From positions 1,236,066 through 1,300,065 of the forward strand of contig JAQGDQ010000011.1 in the NCBI GenBank assembly GCA_030141605.1: 64,000 nucleotides of DNA, written 5' to 3'. This document shows positions 49,950 to 62,868 of the stretch, piece by piece. The translations under genes were made by a program, and so were the position numbers. A model generated the notes under the pieces. The model was not told the origin of the DNA and ran no database searches. It worked only from the letters and a program-made list of their open reading frames with translations. Position 1 is the stretch's first letter; each line of letters opens with the position of its first letter. Origin of the DNA: Tubiluchus corallicola (taxonomy: Eukaryota > Animalia > Priapulida).

Positions 49950-52900
49950 ATTAATACCACAATACCCTAAGTCAGTAACTGTTTTGTACACTGTTATACA
50001 CTACACTTTGTAGTCTGGGTTTTCACATTCTAACCCTATTCTACCCTAACCCACTACTCCAAAAAACACGTCATACAGTATAAAAGCATGAAAACAAGTA
50101 CGGATATGAATATATACGATTTGATTTGATTATACGAATGCACCATATTTCGACCAGTTAAGATTTTTATTATTTTTTATAATAATGCTAAAAACCTTAA
50201 CATCAATTCTCACATTAACTGAACTGTTGCCATTTTCTCACAGTCACAAATCGGTCACAATTCTGGTCGTTCAGTATACAACACGATTTGATTCACAGAC
50301 ATTTTTACACGGTCATTTCAGCCGTCTTGTCTAAAACTGGATCAAAATTTCACCAATCTTAGAAAACAATTGAAAAGATAGAATAGTAAGCAAGTAGGCT
50401 TTGCAGGTTTTGTGGTAAAAAATAATGTTAACCTCTTCGAAAAGATTTAGAGAGAAAACAAAAATAATATTATTAATGTTTTTGTATTTAATAGGGCTTG
50501 GGGAAAAAGCTGTTTAATTTTAGATCATTTTGCCTAATTTTTTCGAGGACAAGCTCCAAGTTTTGTTAACAATTATTTCAGTGTTAACTAAAAAGTTGGG
50601 CAAAATTTACTGTGAATATACAGCCGAATTAGGGTCAATTCAAATTGCGATACAGGGACGTTAGTTACTTTCTTTACTGGAAGTAAAAAAGCAACGGAAT
50701 TGAATTTATTTTTATCTCAAATTTCCTAATACAGTTTTTACACATCTTTACAATTACTAATATACAAATATTTAGAATGAAATAAGGATTCATTAATAAA
50801 GACATGACATGACAAAAAACTCTTTGGCCAAGAAAATTTTAAAACTGTTATCTCTTAATCCGGTTAAGAAAATTTCAAAAACTGTCACCTCTTAATCCAT
50901 CTAATGAAATTTCGTCTTAATTTTTTGACATCTTGGTTTTGACACCAAAAAGTGCAAAAATTACTGCCGCATTAATTTGGAACCCCGAGAGGGGCGAGCT
51001 TATCCATGAGCTTTCTACGTTTTACACTCATTTTTACATCAAAAGATCAGGGCAAGACTTAGAATCTAATTTAACAGAAACGTGCCATATAAAGCAAGTA
51101 AATAATTGAAAATTACATACTGAGTATTTTAAATTTGTTTCGCGTTTTTCTTGGTTCAATTGTACGTGCCAAAGCTAAACAACTGAAAACATTTAGAGTT
51201 TTGCAATTTAACAAATGATACGAATCAACAAGTACCACAAAGAAAAGTTGAAAAAGCATAAAACAAAGAATTATCCGATCAATATGCAAAGGTGCGTTTC
51301 TGTTAATTCAGAAACAGTTTGTTGTGACCGCACCCACTACTTTTTCTCTGAAAGAATTATAATAATCTTGGTTTAGTGAGTAGACGATTTTGAAAGTTTC
51401 TAAGTAGCTTAATACTATTGCATAATTCAGCGTTCAGAATTAAAGTTTATCTGAATAAGATACTTAATGTTTTTGTGACATTTGTCTTATTATCATTTGG
51501 ATAAGAGTTGGCCTGAAGTGAAACTGTTCTGTTTTCGTGTTCAGATCATTATTTTTTCTAACTGCCTGCTAACTACCTGTCTGATTTGCCCAATTTCTGT
51601 ATTTCTTCAATATTTCTTGAATGGCAGTGTACAAGATCACATAATTTCAACAAATTTAAGTATACTTGGACCATATGCTTTATCCAAAAAACACAATTAT
51701 ATGGCGAGGGTGAATGGATACCTTATGTCCTCACCATATAAAAATCATTTTTCATATGCTCAGTCCCACAGTGAAATAATCTCTCCAAAAAAGCAGTTTG
51801 TCTGTATAACCGTTAATTCATTTCAAGGACTGCATCACTGTTCATTATTTTTAATATACACATCACACACTGCCGTTGGTATGATATTCATGTTGGGCTT
51901 ACTACTCAAACAGAACCAGAACCAATTTTAAATTGGTCAAAACTATAGAATTAATTATATTTACAGAACATCTTCCAAATGTCATAACTTTTTATACAAA
52001 CGTTTGGAGAGGATAAACTGAGATTTCTTAAAGAAACAGCAGCTACCATAAATTTTTCCTGTTTTCATCTACTATAATATGGTTGCATAAACGATACAAA
52101 TAGATTGCCTATTATTATGCATATTTTTATTATTATTATTATTATTATTTAGTCTGTATATTACTGATGCTCAATAGTAGCAATGCCAAAGAATGCATAG
52201 CACTACTGAGTGTCTGCATATAGACAATAATTTATTAAAATATTGCACACGTCTTTTGTGGAGAGACCTGTCTGAGTTATAATAACTTCCTTGGCAAACC
52301 ACTTTAAATAAATAAAGGCTATAACATAATATAAACATATTGCAAATTTTTCAATCTTCTGTGTAATATGTAGTGAGTTAATATGGTGAAACGAATTATT
52401 TTGAACATTTATTATTTTTAGCGTCATATTTTGCAATACTATTGAGCATACAGGTATTGATTACTTTTCACCGGTATAAATATTAGGCAAATAGTTAATG
52501 CATTACTCTGATTCAATATTCACAAAGAGTGTGTTTAAAAAATTACATTTTGCAAAGTGTTTGTCTTTGGCATACATGCATTGCTCCACATCTTCAAGGA
52601 TCGATCATCCTCACAAATAATTCTTTCTTCTGTCAGAAATTAGTAAAAAAGTGAAAACACGGGTCTTAAATGTCTTTAAAAAATAGTCAGGTGCTGGGTA
52701 ACGTACCATATATGTCCATTACACAATTATCAGCACATTCTATATTGTACATAATGCTGTATCATATTTCGTTTTGTTACTATTGTACTGAGTTAGTATA
52801 ATGATGTTAATTTTTATGTTTTTTCTCGCCTATTGGCTGTTTAATTAGTGACTAACCATTACGGTCTACTCCTAAACTATCCTTTTTGTTTTTTCTGTGC

Positions 52901-53620
52901 TTAGTTGTGATGAAAACCCAATATTAGTTTGAAGCAGTTTTTTGCACATTTTTTATTCTTTCCTATCTGAAGACAACTCATTTAAACTCATATGCACGGT
53001 AGACTCACAGGACTAAAGCTGAGCGCTATATTGTTTCGTTGTAGTGTTTGCAAACTTATACTATTATGTTAATTATAATAGATCACTAAAGTTTAATTTT
53101 CCTGCATCCTACTTCGTTATTCCAGATTCTATTCAATTTTTAATATTGAAATATTCAGGAAAATTCAGTATTGTCTTTGAGTCTGTTTATTGTGATGCTA
53201 TTCTGTTATTTGAATGTTCTTTACAACTATAGTTATTACTGCAAGTATAATGTATAATTTAATCTCTTCTCCCCCACTTAAATTTGAGTACATGTGTATA
53301 TGTATATCATTGTATTATCAAGTAAGCAATATGGCACATTGTAATACAAGTAAGTGGTACATTGACAGATGATCACATATTTTATATTTGTAACTATTTT
53401 AAATTTTTTTTTACTCTTTAAGGCTCACTCAAAGTCGTAATTACATATTATGTTTTCCTTTCTCAACCTTCAGGTTTATTGCTCTTATACAATTGCTATT
53501 ATTACATCGTTTACTTCATCCTTATTTACATTAAGTTATCTACAGAAGCATACGTAACCATAATCATTTTTTCATTTAAGTAAGGTGAGTATGTTAATGA
53601 CCGTATGGTTGTACACTCAC

Positions 53621-53905
53621 CTCGCACTACTGAAATTATTTTATTTAAAGTTTATTAATAATGTGTTTGATATTGTATTTTTTGATGTGTGAAATAAAAT
53701 TAATAGTTCATGGTTATTTTTAGTTCTACTGAATTGCGCATTTTTGAAAAGTATGCCATCTTAAATTTTTATTTGGGTTATAAATAATTTACAATTAAAG
53801 TTTGCTTTTGCACTTTGATGAACTTTTCGTGCGTAAATCGCAGCTTGAAAAAAGCGTTCCACCTTTTCAACTTCTACATCTTTCACTGGAAAAGAAAAAA
53901 GGAAC
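53621..53905. promoter_or_regulatory. Putative compact bidirectional promoter, DDX6 (-) / U2AF1 (+)
   Basis: Strong minus-strand donor GAG|gtgagt at 53621/53620 only ~285 bp from the U2AF1 ATG; YY1-like GCCATCTT at 53755-53762. Confidence 0.5.
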
Positions 53906-53949
53906 ATGGCAGAGTATTTAGCTTCAATTTTTGGTACAGAGAAAGATAA
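53906..53949 (+). CDS. U2AF1: U2AF small subunit (U2AF35/U2af38), exon 1
   Basis: MAEYLASIFGTEKD; donor AA|gtaagt. Confidence 0.96.
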
Positions 53950-55594
53950 GTAAGTATAAACCAATTCAAACTTACTTCATATTGATACTTCATCATACAT
54001 TTATGTCACTCTCACTTTTAATCAGAAGTTTAAATTTACATTTTCTATTGTTTTTGTCACAGTTTGGAAAGTACTGTTTGAATAATTTTTCGTTATTCTT
54101 TTCAGTACAACGTTTTTTTGTCTACTTTATAAGGCTATTCTAACAAGCTTCAGCTTATAAACTAATCTGAAAATTGCACTGAGATATTGATTATTAGATA
54201 TCTTAAATATTTGTACTTTGCGTTCTATTCATAGCTATTTTTTGTGAAAGTAAACCTTTTAATCTCTTGAACTTTAATATAATTTTCAATTTACATTATA
54301 ATTAGAGAGGTAAAATCTTTATTTGCCAATTAGAAACTTGCATATGCAAAGTAAAAATACGTTGCACAAAAGAAATGTACCAGACGCAGCATATCAGTCA
54401 ACCATATACAGCGTATGCGACTAACTGAATGTTGGCAATAACATCATCTAGCTAATAAAGTAATATTATGAAAAAAAAGAACTACAATATTATAAAATTA
54501 CTGGAAATTAACAAAACTGCAAAACACAGAATTGGCATTAAAAGTTTATTTAGCTTGTAATTAAAGATAATAAAACTAATAATTAACTAATTTATTAAAA
54601 CTATAAATAATTAACCTGGTTATAAATAATCACTCAATGGAAAGGCAAATAACCTGTGCGAATGCTCTCGTCTATTATTCTATGGGTTGTAAGTTATGAA
54701 TTAACAATAATAGTATAAGCTTTTATTAAATTAATGATATGTCAAATTTATCTTATAATTTGTAATTTATTAATTTTCTTCTGCATTAACATTAGACCTA
54801 TAAACAAATTAATATATAGTTGTGTCTCACAGAATGTAGTTACAGTATTATAGTCTATGGAAAAAATAGTAAACGTTATGGCTACAAAACTATATAGTAA
54901 TCTATCCACAAGAAGCAATGAGTATGTTGTCTTCGAATCATCATCAGTGTCATTGTAGTAAAATCAGTGTTCATCATTGAATAGCCACTTACATAATATT
55001 TTTTGCTGATTACTGCTGTGTTTATCTGTCTCAATGGCAGATTTCTTTTATTTTACAGTTTTGCCTGCCCAATGTCTACAACAGATGTAATGGGCATATA
55101 ATGATTGATTGATGACCAGTTTGAATGCAGATTACTTTTGGATATAATTGCGACATGTTATGTTCACTTAATTATGTTCTTTTTTACGGTATACTGTTAT
55201 CTACGAATAGCTGTCATCATGTTCATATTTTCTAGATCATCAGACATCAATATCATCGTTTTCATTAATTGACAGTCGATCCGCTGATATAATTATTAAA
55301 TTTTTTTTAAATTAATTGGTTGATATATTTTATTCGTTGTTCGATGCTTGAAATACATTGCTAAACTCATTAACACATTATGTTCTTGTCAAGCCATTTA
55401 AACTGTCTTTTTGGCTTTGTGCTTTAAAACTGCGAGGTTTTTGCTTTGGAAATGCTTACTCGATGACAAAGCTAGTGTTTTGCTTGTTGTTCTTATTGGA
55501 ATTGTTCTTCTGCTATGCCAAAGGCAAATGGTAACATCAGTGCAGCATTTACGTGATTTTCATGCCCTAAATAATAAATTTGTATTTATTTTAG

Positions 55595-55682
55595 GGTCAA
55601 TTGTTCATTCTATTTCAAAATCGGAGCTTGTCGGCATGGCGACAGATGTTCTCGTATACACAATAAACCTACATTCAGTCAG
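55595..55682 (+). CDS. U2AF1: U2AF1 exon 2 (CCCH zinc finger 1)
   Basis: [29 protein letters not shown]. Confidence 0.97.
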
Positions 55683-55814
55683 GTAAGAACGTTATATACT
55701 TTTCTTCTAGTACCTGTTTATGTTCAATGGCAGTTTAATGGCAAAGATGCATAGTTTCGTGTAATTGTAAGGTGAGTAAATTAATCATGCAGCTGTTTAT
55801 GTTTTCCTTTTCAG

Positions 55815-55881
55815 ACAATAGTACTGCAGAACATTTATCAAAACCCGCAAAACAGTGCTCAGACGGCTGACGGTTCTCACT
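55815..55881 (+). CDS. U2AF1: U2AF1 exon 3 (67 nt)
   Basis: TIVLQNIYQNPQNSAQTADGSH. Confidence 0.96.
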
Positions 55882-56499
55882 GTAAGTTTCGACATTATTA
55901 GCCTTTTATTCCGAGTAATGAGTGAAAATTATTTATTTAATTTTACAGAAATGTATTACAGTAAAGTATTACAATAAATTACAGTGTAATATGTAATATA
56001 TTACGACAATGGAACAGAATAACAGGTAAAATTAAAAGATGGCCTGGCAGTTGACAGCAGCTGCCAAATGGTAACTAGATAATGGGTTATAGCAGTAACG
56101 GTGATGTAACCTTTTGCCACCAACTTCTGCTAATTTTAGTCAAACACCTTTAAGTCCTCTTGAAGAAGCACTATTAATCCTAGTGATCGTTGTTTGTTAT
56201 CACAACAAAATCCTCTATCCACCCTCAAAATCCAGAATATGACATTTGTCAGGAAGCTTAGTGAAACTTACTGACATTGCTTTGTAGCTTAAATGGTATA
56301 TAATAGTGTAGGTCCGCAGCAACAAGTTCCACAGAGAAGAAACTTTGGGGAAAAGCTACGAGTATACGTTTCTGTGATCTCAAGTCTCAAAAATCTTGCA
56401 CTGTGTTTTAGCTAACTATTCTATTCGTACTGTATGTAAATAAGGTGTAGTGTGAATTAAAGTTGATGATTGTGATGATGCAACTGTTTATGACTTTAG

Positions 56500-56579
56500 T
56501 GTCGGGAATATCAGAAGTGGAGATACAACAGCACTACGATGACTTCTTTGAAGACATATTTGTTGAGTTAGAGGATAAG
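56500..56579 (+). CDS. U2AF1: U2AF1 exon 4
   Basis: SGISEVEIQQHYDDFFEDIFVELEDK. Confidence 0.95.
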
Positions 56580-56973
56580 GTAATTCTTTTTTATATTGTC
56601 AATATGATTGACAGTAAATTGAAAAAATGAAAATGGAAGATTGGCTTGCTTTAAGTCATTTTGAGGACCTTTCTTCAGCATTTTTAATTGCTAAATTATT
56701 TTCAGCATTTTTATTCAGATTTTCTCACCAGATAACAAAGATTTCTTTTAGAAATAATATCTGATATTAGTTGTTATTTTAGGTGTGGTACTCTTCTATG
56801 CAGATTTGTCTATTTTGTTCCTAGATGTCATTTGGTTATCAACAGATTAAATTATTTGGTTATTATAGATATCAGTTTCCTAATATCTATTATATTTGGC
56901 AGTGTTCTGTGCTTGTTGTGCTTGGAATTGTTAGGTGCCATTTAATAATTATTACATTAAATCTGTTTTTCAG

Positions 56974-57045
56974 TATGGAGAAATTGAAGAAATGAATGTT
57001 TGTGACAATATGGGAGATCATCTCGTAGGAAATGTTTACTGCAAG
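56974..57045 (+). CDS. U2AF1: U2AF1 exon 5 (UHM)
   Basis: YGEIEEMNVCDNMGDHLVGNVYCK. Confidence 0.96.
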
Positions 57046-57155
57046 GTTTGTTTGTTTATAGTATTCATATTTAGGGTAATAGTTTATTTATTTCTCACTC
57101 TGGTTCTTGCAGAATTGTTTAATGTTCATTTCGTGTTTGTTTATTGTTTTCACAG

Positions 57156-57289
57156 TTTAGACGAGAGGAAGACGCAGAGAAGGCTGTGGCAGATCTCAAC
57201 AACCGCTGGTTTAACGGACGAGCGATCGTAGCAGAACTTTCTCCTGTTACAGATTTCCGTGAAGCCTGTTGCAGACAGTATGAGATGGG
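57156..57289 (+). CDS. U2AF1: U2AF1 exon 6
   Basis: FRREEDAEKAVADLNNRWFNGR...ELSPVTDFREACCRQYEM. Confidence 0.97.
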
Positions 57290-58588
57290 GTAAGATGGCT
57301 TGTTGTGTCTTCTCCAGCCTATAAAGCTTAAATTGCTGATAGTTTTCTGAGCAAGTGAGTAATAAAGCGACCTGTGAATTTGTGATGTTCAGGGTAACGA
57401 TATATGGGTTATACATGAACACCGGGCGGCTTGAGTGCGGTCATTAAACGCTTAACTAATAACAAAAGCTACTTTCTCATACCGCTATCTAGCTCTTGCA
57501 ACTGCTGAGATCAGTGCTGAGTTGTTGTATTATTACCGGTGGTTGCCGAGTTGTTGCATTATTACCAGTGGTGCATGTCTTCCCACAAATGACTGTTTGA
57601 GCCTCCATGGTGTTTTAATGCATTTTGTCAGTTTTGCAGCATTTTAAGTAACACCGAGCAAAATTATTAGCGTGAAGCTACATTAAAGAATATTTCGGTT
57701 GCAAAACGCAGCATGACACTAACTTGTTTAACAACTGTTTGAACAGTATAACATGAACTTTGAACATGAAAATTTCAACATATAAATGATACTCATTTGC
57801 TAAACCATACAGATGGAGATGGCGCAGTATGAAATGACTAAGAATTATTTATTATTAATTAAGTGCTTAACACAAACATTGCAAAATTTCTTTGCAGAGA
57901 ATTGTTTTATAATTGACTTGAAGTCAATGGTCTTCAGCATGTCATTTTCTATTGTGCAAGGAAGGTGATCTCTTATAATTTTCAGTCTTGAAAATGAACA
58001 TTGTTTTTACAGTTTTCGTCCAAAACTATGCTTGAGATTTTCATGTTCATTTAAAAGCCAGTGTTTATAGTTTAGTATAGTATACTATTTATTCATTGAC
58101 AGCAAGTCACAACCTACATAGATTAGCATTGGCCTCTATGCTCGTGGGGCTCCGGATAATTACCAAGTATGCCCATGCATTGGTAATAATAGTTCTGTGT
58201 ATGCTACCAAATATCTAACCATTTCCCACGAAATGTTTTCTATCTTCTTCATCAGTGATGTATAAAGTCAGTGTCTTGCTTCTACTTTCCAAATTTTGCA
58301 ACATTTATAGCTAAAGTACGAACGCTTGAGATGCATATATTTATAAGTGTGAATAAATAATTTTCGATAGATTATTTATCTCGTTTATTATGTTTTCTAC
58401 AATTAGCGATCAAGACTTTTGTCTATTAACTCTTTTTATTAAAGCTTCATTGTTTTTTTTTCTTAACTAAAGTCATTACGGGGCAGTCTATACAGAAAGA
58501 AGGTGCATAGGCTTTTGTTGCTTCCCGCCATTATTGAACTTAATTACTTTTCCAAGTGATTATTGATTTTTTCCTGTATTATCTTCAG

Positions 58589-58832
58589 AGAGTGTACTCG
58601 TGGTGGGTTCTGCAACTTCATGCATCTGAAGCCGATATCCCGTGAACTTCGCCGAGAACTTTACAGTCGGAGAACAATTCGGAGACGTTCGCGTTCCAGG
58701 TCGCCCGTGGCTAAAGGTCGCAGCAAGTCGCCGCGCCGTCGCTCGCACAGCCGAGAACGTCGCAGGTCTCGTTCTCGCGAACGTCGACGTTCCAGATCAC
58801 GTGAACGGGAAGGCCGAACTGGTCGTTTCTAA
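58589..58832 (+). CDS. U2AF1: U2AF1 last exon (end of zinc finger 2, RS domain)
   Basis: ECTRGGFCNFMHLKPISRELRRELY...RSRSRS...GRF*. Confidence 0.97.
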
Positions 58833-61004
58833 TCTGCACATTTTTGTCCTTTTCATCTGTTTCTTTATTCTTTATCACACTGCTTTGTAAGTATGGCTTC
58901 CATTCGATTTATATAAAGATTAGTGAGACCACACACCTATCTTGTTGTTCAGTTATTTGGTTGTACGTATACGGTTTTGTAAACATTTCTGTCCCACCAT
59001 TTTATAAGCCTGTGCACATTGCAAACCAGAAGCAAAGTTAATCCTTACCAATAAATTTTTGTAGTGGCAATTCATGCTTTTTAGTGCAGCCAACAAGCGT
59101 ATTTGTTTCTATTTGCTTCTCGTGGGTCTTCATTACAAACCTCTGTAGTTGCTAGTGAAAATAATAACGTCAATGTCACCTTATTAAGTTGTAGTATGTG
59201 TAGCAAGATGAGGTGTTGAAAATAATTGCTTCGGATTTTTTATGTACATGCTGTCAAAAAATGACAGACCTAAGCTTGGAAGTTATGACAAGTAGGTATA
59301 AATGTACTGCAGTAAAATGCTTTAAACATTTGTTCATTGCACAGAATTATATGCTCTTTCTCATTTTCTTATCTATCTTTGTTTATTGTTTTTTCTTTCT
59401 TGTGCATATCATTTCTTGATAACCTTTCAGCAGTCCTTAACATTGAACAGTCACAGTGTTTGTGTTACAACCGCAGTTTTTGTGCGATTTTTGCATATTC
59501 TTCATTTACGAAACAATCCGTTTTCACAGGAAAAGCCACCCGATGTCAAAAGTATCTAAAGACCATTCTTTTGTAATTTGAAATAACTCATTTTGCACAC
59601 CCTGGTCGTTTTGGTGTGACTTTAACCATTCCATTTGATGTATTAAATGTATTGACATTGTAATAACTAAACACTGAACAGCACCTATAAGTGTAAAAGC
59701 TGGTATGTGCAATGAATCTGCAAGCTCCTTGAAGATATCAATAATCGACTAATTTGCCTTAGCAAGTACGTAATAATTAATTTACCTATTTCTCTTTCTT
59801 ATTGCCCAAATGATTGTATAATTTTTGGAGAATTTTGCTTACTTGCAGTTTCTCAAAATGTCTTACTTTTGCACGGCAAGCTTGTTCTATTTTTGTGTTT
59901 TTCTATTTCCTGTTCATGTTGTAATTAACTCAATATTACGTAATACGTCTCTTTGTCGTGCCGCATTATTATTACATGCTGTAATTATATCAGAAATGTA
60001 TGCATGTAAGAAGTTTAATAGTTACATTTGCGTCAACATGTTGTACCATTTTATTCATTGAAAAACTGAAAATAAAATTCAAGATCATTCTTTTTTATTA
60101 AAAATAGCTATTCTGTTTTTGGTTTTATACATTTAAAGCAGCTTGATAATTGAGATACTGTAAACAGTAATATTAGTGTGCGTTGGATATGTTTGCGAAC
60201 TTTGCAAGGAGGTGCAGACGCATAAATTACGCCATTATGCAAGTTGCTATTGGCTCTTTACAGTTGGATGTCGGCTTTTGTTTGATGATAGGCAATCGCT
60301 TAGCAAAATCATACAACACTGGATAATGCTAGTAGCTGTATCAGCACATGTTAGAGATTAGCTAATGAATGGCAGCAGCTATTTTTACACACATAAATGT
60401 AACAGATTAGTTGTTAGTTTTCCCTATTTAATCTCAATTTGTTATGGTAGGGGCAACTGGCAATATGGTTGCACGGTAAAAGACCAGCTTTTCATGACAA
60501 TACAGTTGTGCAGCCAATAATGCAACAGTGGACGATGGTTCTTGTATCATAATGTACGTAGGCTGCGTTGCAAAATATGACTTTGCAAGCAACTGAAGTT
60601 GATGAAGTTCAATTCACAAAATTTTGGCAGAAGAAACAAGGGAATGGAATAGAACAGTGTAAGAGCACAGAAAAGGTAGATAAGAATATTACGAAAAAAG
60701 AATTAATTTTAATGATTTAGAAAACTATAAAAGATGAATGTCGATCTATGGTTTTGTCATAAAACAACACTATTTACAAATAAGGATTACCTTGCTATTA
60801 CGAGCAGTTTTACGGAATGAAACCAGTGAAGCATGCAATTAGCATATTAAACTGTACAGTAAGTCCATTTAATACAGCAGACATTGTAACTGTAATAAAA
60901 TGTCTAGTACAAAATGTGTGGCGTAGTGTGAATATTACAATGATGTAATTTACTAAATCAGCTGTACTATATTTAATGCAATAAGAATAAAAGTGACTAG
61001 AATA

Positions 61005-61181
61005 CAGTCAAACCTCGTTATATCGCCCCTTTCCCCTTTGTAATGTCAACCTTACTTAATGCCAAATTTTGCAACAAAACGTATATTCGCATAGACATGC
61101 AGGTATTAATGCACCTCGTTGTAAATTTGCTACAACGCCAACTTTTTTCAGTCCCAAAGTGGTGATACAGAGGTTTGACTA
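61005..61181. mobile_element. Tigger/pogo-like MITE (~177 bp)
   Basis: TA|CAGTCAAACCTC ... GAGGTTTGACTA|TA. Confidence 0.7.
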
Positions 61182-62868
61182 TAATTAGAATATAGATAAT
61201 GTAATGTAACACAGATTAGTTGTAATAATGTGTAATAGTAGTTATGGTACCATTCAATTCAACATTTAACTATTGCAAATTGTCTTTCCGACTTTGAGTT
61301 AAGATGATACATAATTATAAACCAAAAGAAAAAAGAAGTATAAAATTAATGATTAATATACAAAAAGGCTGACATGAATTTACTGTATAAATGCTAAGAA
61401 GATCTGTTGATGAATGCAGCTGCATTGAAAAGCCAAGCAATATTTTTTTTAAATCAACTGATATCCAAATTTAATCAAGGGATCACATTACATTAAAAAG
61501 CAATCACTTCCGATGAAAGAGAGAAAACTGCAGCCAAATATTTTCTTTTATAGAGCATTCAGACTAGAGAGCAAATGTTGCTGCGAGTTACTCTCCAACA
61601 GTAAACTCAAGCTAGTCATTGACAGAAATGTGGAGAGTAATTCGCCAAGGTATTCACACTAGACAGTAAATCAGCTCTCAGCAACACTGTCAGAAAGTTA
61701 CAATTTCTTGCCGACAGTAGCTCGCACAACAGTTCACACTTGCGAGTTTGATGTCAAAGAGTAAACTCTGTAGCCCGAACTCGCCGTTAGTAAAAACAAC
61801 ATTTGGTAATCATGTAGGCAGAAATCAGAATCGGCAAATCATGGAAAAAATAGTAGCTCTACTACAAACAAATCAAACGAAATCAAAAATTTAAAATTAG
61901 CATTACTTACAATTAAAAGAATAAATATTCTTACCATAACTTATATGAGTATGCAAAGTTCCATTTACATTTACTCTTACATTTAAAAAATGGTCTACCA
62001 TCTAAAAATGCACAACAACAACAACAAAATTAGATGACTTACCTCTCTGCTACTTTACACAAAGCGCAACTCCTACAGTTCATGTTTACAAACAATATGC
62101 AAGTTTTTATCTTACACAAGTTTGCACACAAATCACTAATTTGATACAAAAATGATACAAAGGTGACTTGTTAACATCAGGATTAATGCAGCTGAGCACT
62201 AATTAATGGGGCGAAACAGTGCCAAGTGAATGATGATTTTAAATAATGCACAATTATACAAAAAATGTTACTCTAGTTAAAAAATAAAAACGTAATACCT
62301 TAACAAAGCGTCGAACTTTGCCTGCATTATCTAGGTATATCACAGAATTATTCAGTAGAAAAATGCTTGTACAAAAAATAAGTACTTCACACAGAAAAAA
62401 ACGAATTTTCAACTAACAATATTCCTAATTAAGAACAATTTGCTTATATACTAATCAGCTGCTAAAAGCAAAAATAAAATTTTTACAGTAATCCAGCATG
62501 TTACCGTCTACTTCTACTGATAACAAGCACAAATAACACGTTACATAAAATCTCTTAATGCGCTCGTATACTATATCTTAAACTACTATTCTTACAGCAT
62601 ATTGCACAACATTCTTACAGCATATTGCACGGGCAAGTTGTATTTAAAACATACAAGTAGTAACTAGTTCACTGCACCAAAACTGTTTCACCAATTTCAG
62701 CAAATAGGAGATAAGCATTTCAAAATAAAAATGTGTATTTGGCTGCCATGCATTAAAAACACACAAATTTCCGTCACTGAACACAATGTTTGACCGAAAG
62801 AAGAAAAGATGCCTGAGAAATTTACTTATCATTTGGAAGCAAATGGAATCTGGAATACTGATAACAAA

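Noticed and set aside
52903-52980. C/D-box-like GTGATGA...CTGA with a short terminal stem
   Set aside because: It is antisense to the presumed host (DDX6), has no convincing C'/D' boxes and no recognisable rRNA-complementary guide.
58222-58258. Other CTGATGA-containing hammerhead candidates (also ~23481, ~54945 and ~55240)
   Set aside because: They lack a pairable stem II and/or stem I around the core.
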